DNA from: Nemertoderma westbladi | Taxonomy: Eukaryota; Animalia; Xenacoelomorpha | Reading direction: 5' to 3' | Length of the DNA: 35,725 nucleotides | Assembly: GCA_032718475.1 (NCBI GenBank) | Contig: JAUCBJ010006421.1 | Coordinates: 1 to 35,725 of the forward strand | In this document: positions 33,736 through 35,725 of the stretch, piece by piece | Position numbering within the stretch: position 1 is the stretch's first letter | Layout of the letters: each line of letters starts with the position of its first letter | Program-made: the position numbers and the translations under genes | The notes under the pieces: model-generated | What the model saw: the letters and a program-made list of their open reading frames with translations, nothing else | Database searches by the model: none | Told to the model about the DNA's origin: nothing

Positions 33736-34469
33736 CTAAATGAAATATAAAATGTGTATCAATAGTATTATTATTACCGTATATGTTATCTTGTGTCTAC
33801 TATTTGACTACAGTAGTATAGGCAAACTTTGCATGATAAAATGTTATATTATAATTAGCACCTGCTTTGATTTTAGTATTAATAGCTAATACTGGTTTCT
33901 ACCATTCAATACCATAGCTTAGGTCTATGTAACTGTATAGCACAGTCTTATAGTCTGTATAGCACAGCTTATCATACGAATACCACTATCTCAACCTCGT
34001 GTCTGTTTATCATTCAGTCGGTCTGTCTGAATATGTAAGACTAACTTTTGAAAGCTAATTTCTCAGCAACCCTCCGCTTCCTTAAACTAAAACTTAGTAG
34101 GGCTGATCTATGAAATTGGTTTAGAAAGCTTTACATACATACAGATATTGTTTTGCACTAACTTGAGCAAGTTCGAAACAAGTTCAATTTGATCTGGAGT
34201 CAAAAGTTCGAGAGGTATTTGCCCATATCGTATTGGAACATTTTCTCTAATATGCCCATACAAAATTTGGTTGAAAATGTTTAAAATCTTCAAAAGTTAT
34301 TTACAAATGAATTTTTCATTACAGACGGACAGACAGACATATATACAGATAGCTCAATTTACATTTTGCCCTATTTACTAATGATAATTTTCCACTAATT
34401 TCTAAACTCGCCCCGATAGCGTGGCTTGCCACACAGTAGAACACAGCCTGCCTCTTTATGGTGACGGCA

Positions 34470-35270
34470 ATCGGTCTGCAGTTCTCCAGTCTGCCTCTAG
34501 AGCGATAAATGTCTGAAAGATCCATTTCGTTGATCTTAATCTGCTTAGCTGAATCTTAATATGTACAAGGCTACAGTAGACTATAAGCTGCGTCTTTGTG
34601 AGGAAGTTGATCGGTCAGCAGTTCTCCAGTCTGCCGCTAGAGAGCGAAATGTGTGAAAGTGAAAACCTTTCCCCGTTGCCTTGATTTTATCCGATTAAGA
34701 TAAAACTTTGCATATACTGTATTCCGTATTTAGCTAAAAGACAAATTTAATTGGATGGAATGGATGGATGGATGGATAGGATATTGAGCTTAACATGTTA
34801 AGATCTAATATATTCTTAATTATCTCGAGAATTAATTAATTAATTAACGGGTAACTTTCCTATTCCATGGCCAATATACATATAAACCACCAAACAAAAT
34901 TGTGTAACGATCCACCGCAGCATTTAGGCGGAGATAGAGATAGAAGCTACGATATACATAGATAGCCCGTTCACAATTGTATTATAGATATATAAAATCT
35001 GACTGCTTCTATGTGCGAAGCTGCTCCATCTACAGTACACTTATAAAGTAAGCCGATAGAAAAGGTTGAGATGCTGAAAGTAAAACCTTATCCATTTCGT
35101 TATTTGATATCCGTTTATGCTAAAACTTGCTAGATACATACATACATGTTACACCATCTAAAAAGCTGCGTATTTTGTGACAACGCTAATCCGTCGGCAG
35201 TTCTCAGGTCTACCGCTAGTGGGCTGAAATGAAAACAATTTAGAGATATCTGAAATGAAACCTTTCACTG
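34470..35270. repeat. Old degenerate direct repeats
   Basis: ATCGGTC.GCAGTTCTCCAGTCTGCC.CTAG at ~34470 and ~34610, with a diverged copy at ~35189; AAGCTGCGT..TTGTGA precedes the latter two. Confidence 0.6.
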
Positions 35271-35475
35271 AATTCGTATAATTGTTTATAATCCTTTCTT
35301 CCTGACCAGACGCGGTAGACTGTATTACTGTTATTAATAAATATTAATACGAAGCAAAATTGTTTGTAACTCTGCAGACTGCACCTAAATTAGAAAGGGA
35401 TAAATTCTTTATAGATTTTTTTTCGGTGTGTGATAATGCTTTATAAAGGCAGGTGTGCGGCAGTTTAGTGTCCAT

Positions 35476-35725
35476 ACTGTACAGTGTTAGACCGGGTAGG
35501 TACTATGTGTTTCTGTTCCAGGTGTGGGGTTAGGCCCGGTAGGTAATATGTGTTCCTGTTCCGGGTGCGTTTTTAGGCCGGGTAGGTACTGTGTTCCTGT
35601 TCTGGGTACTGTACAGTGTTAGACCGGGTAGGTACTATGTGTTCCTGTTCCGGGTGCGTTTTTAGGCCGGGTAGGTACTGTGTTCCTGTTCTGGGTACTG
35701 TACAGTGTTAGACCAGGTAGGTACT
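35476..35725. repeat. Minisatellite with 89-bp higher-order period, running off the window
   Basis: Alternating ~43- and ~46-bp subunits share CCGGGTAGGTACT..GTGTTCCTGTTC; CCGGGTGCGT recurs at 35561 and 35650. Confidence 0.9.

Noticed and set aside
34108-34293. Short ORF as the next upstream exon of the host gene
   Set aside because: No convincing splice sites or patatin motifs were identified.

Overview
This is AT-rich eukaryotic DNA, probably from an invertebrate animal, and consists mostly of nested transposable elements. The last four coding exons of a minus-strand host gene can be spliced by eye (33735/33733-33482, 20436-20230, 11812-11668, 10954-10830). They encode the C-terminal half of an EF-hand-containing, probably patatin-like phospholipase. 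One intron holds a complete BEL/Pao-type LTR element (11962-19933, ATCAT TSD). It encodes Gag and protease but no RT, RNase H or integrase, carries an extra CCHC ORF, and contains a 5'-truncated RTE-group LINE. Another intron holds a decayed Maverick/Polinton (20533-33129, ~300-bp AGTAGT TIRs, 6-bp TSD) with protease, major capsid, a pVI/core-like gene and two tandem minor-capsid genes. Nested in the Maverick are a second BEL element and a second copy of the same LINE. The most unusual signal is that neither BEL element has a TGG tRNA primer-binding site. In both, the 11 nt after the 5' LTR are complementary to a sequence inside the LTR (11/11 and 10/11), which resembles Tf1-type self-priming. 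Positions 1-10700 contain MITEs, a MULE pseudogene, a Helitron-like element and simple repeats. All calls come from manual reading; no database searches were run.
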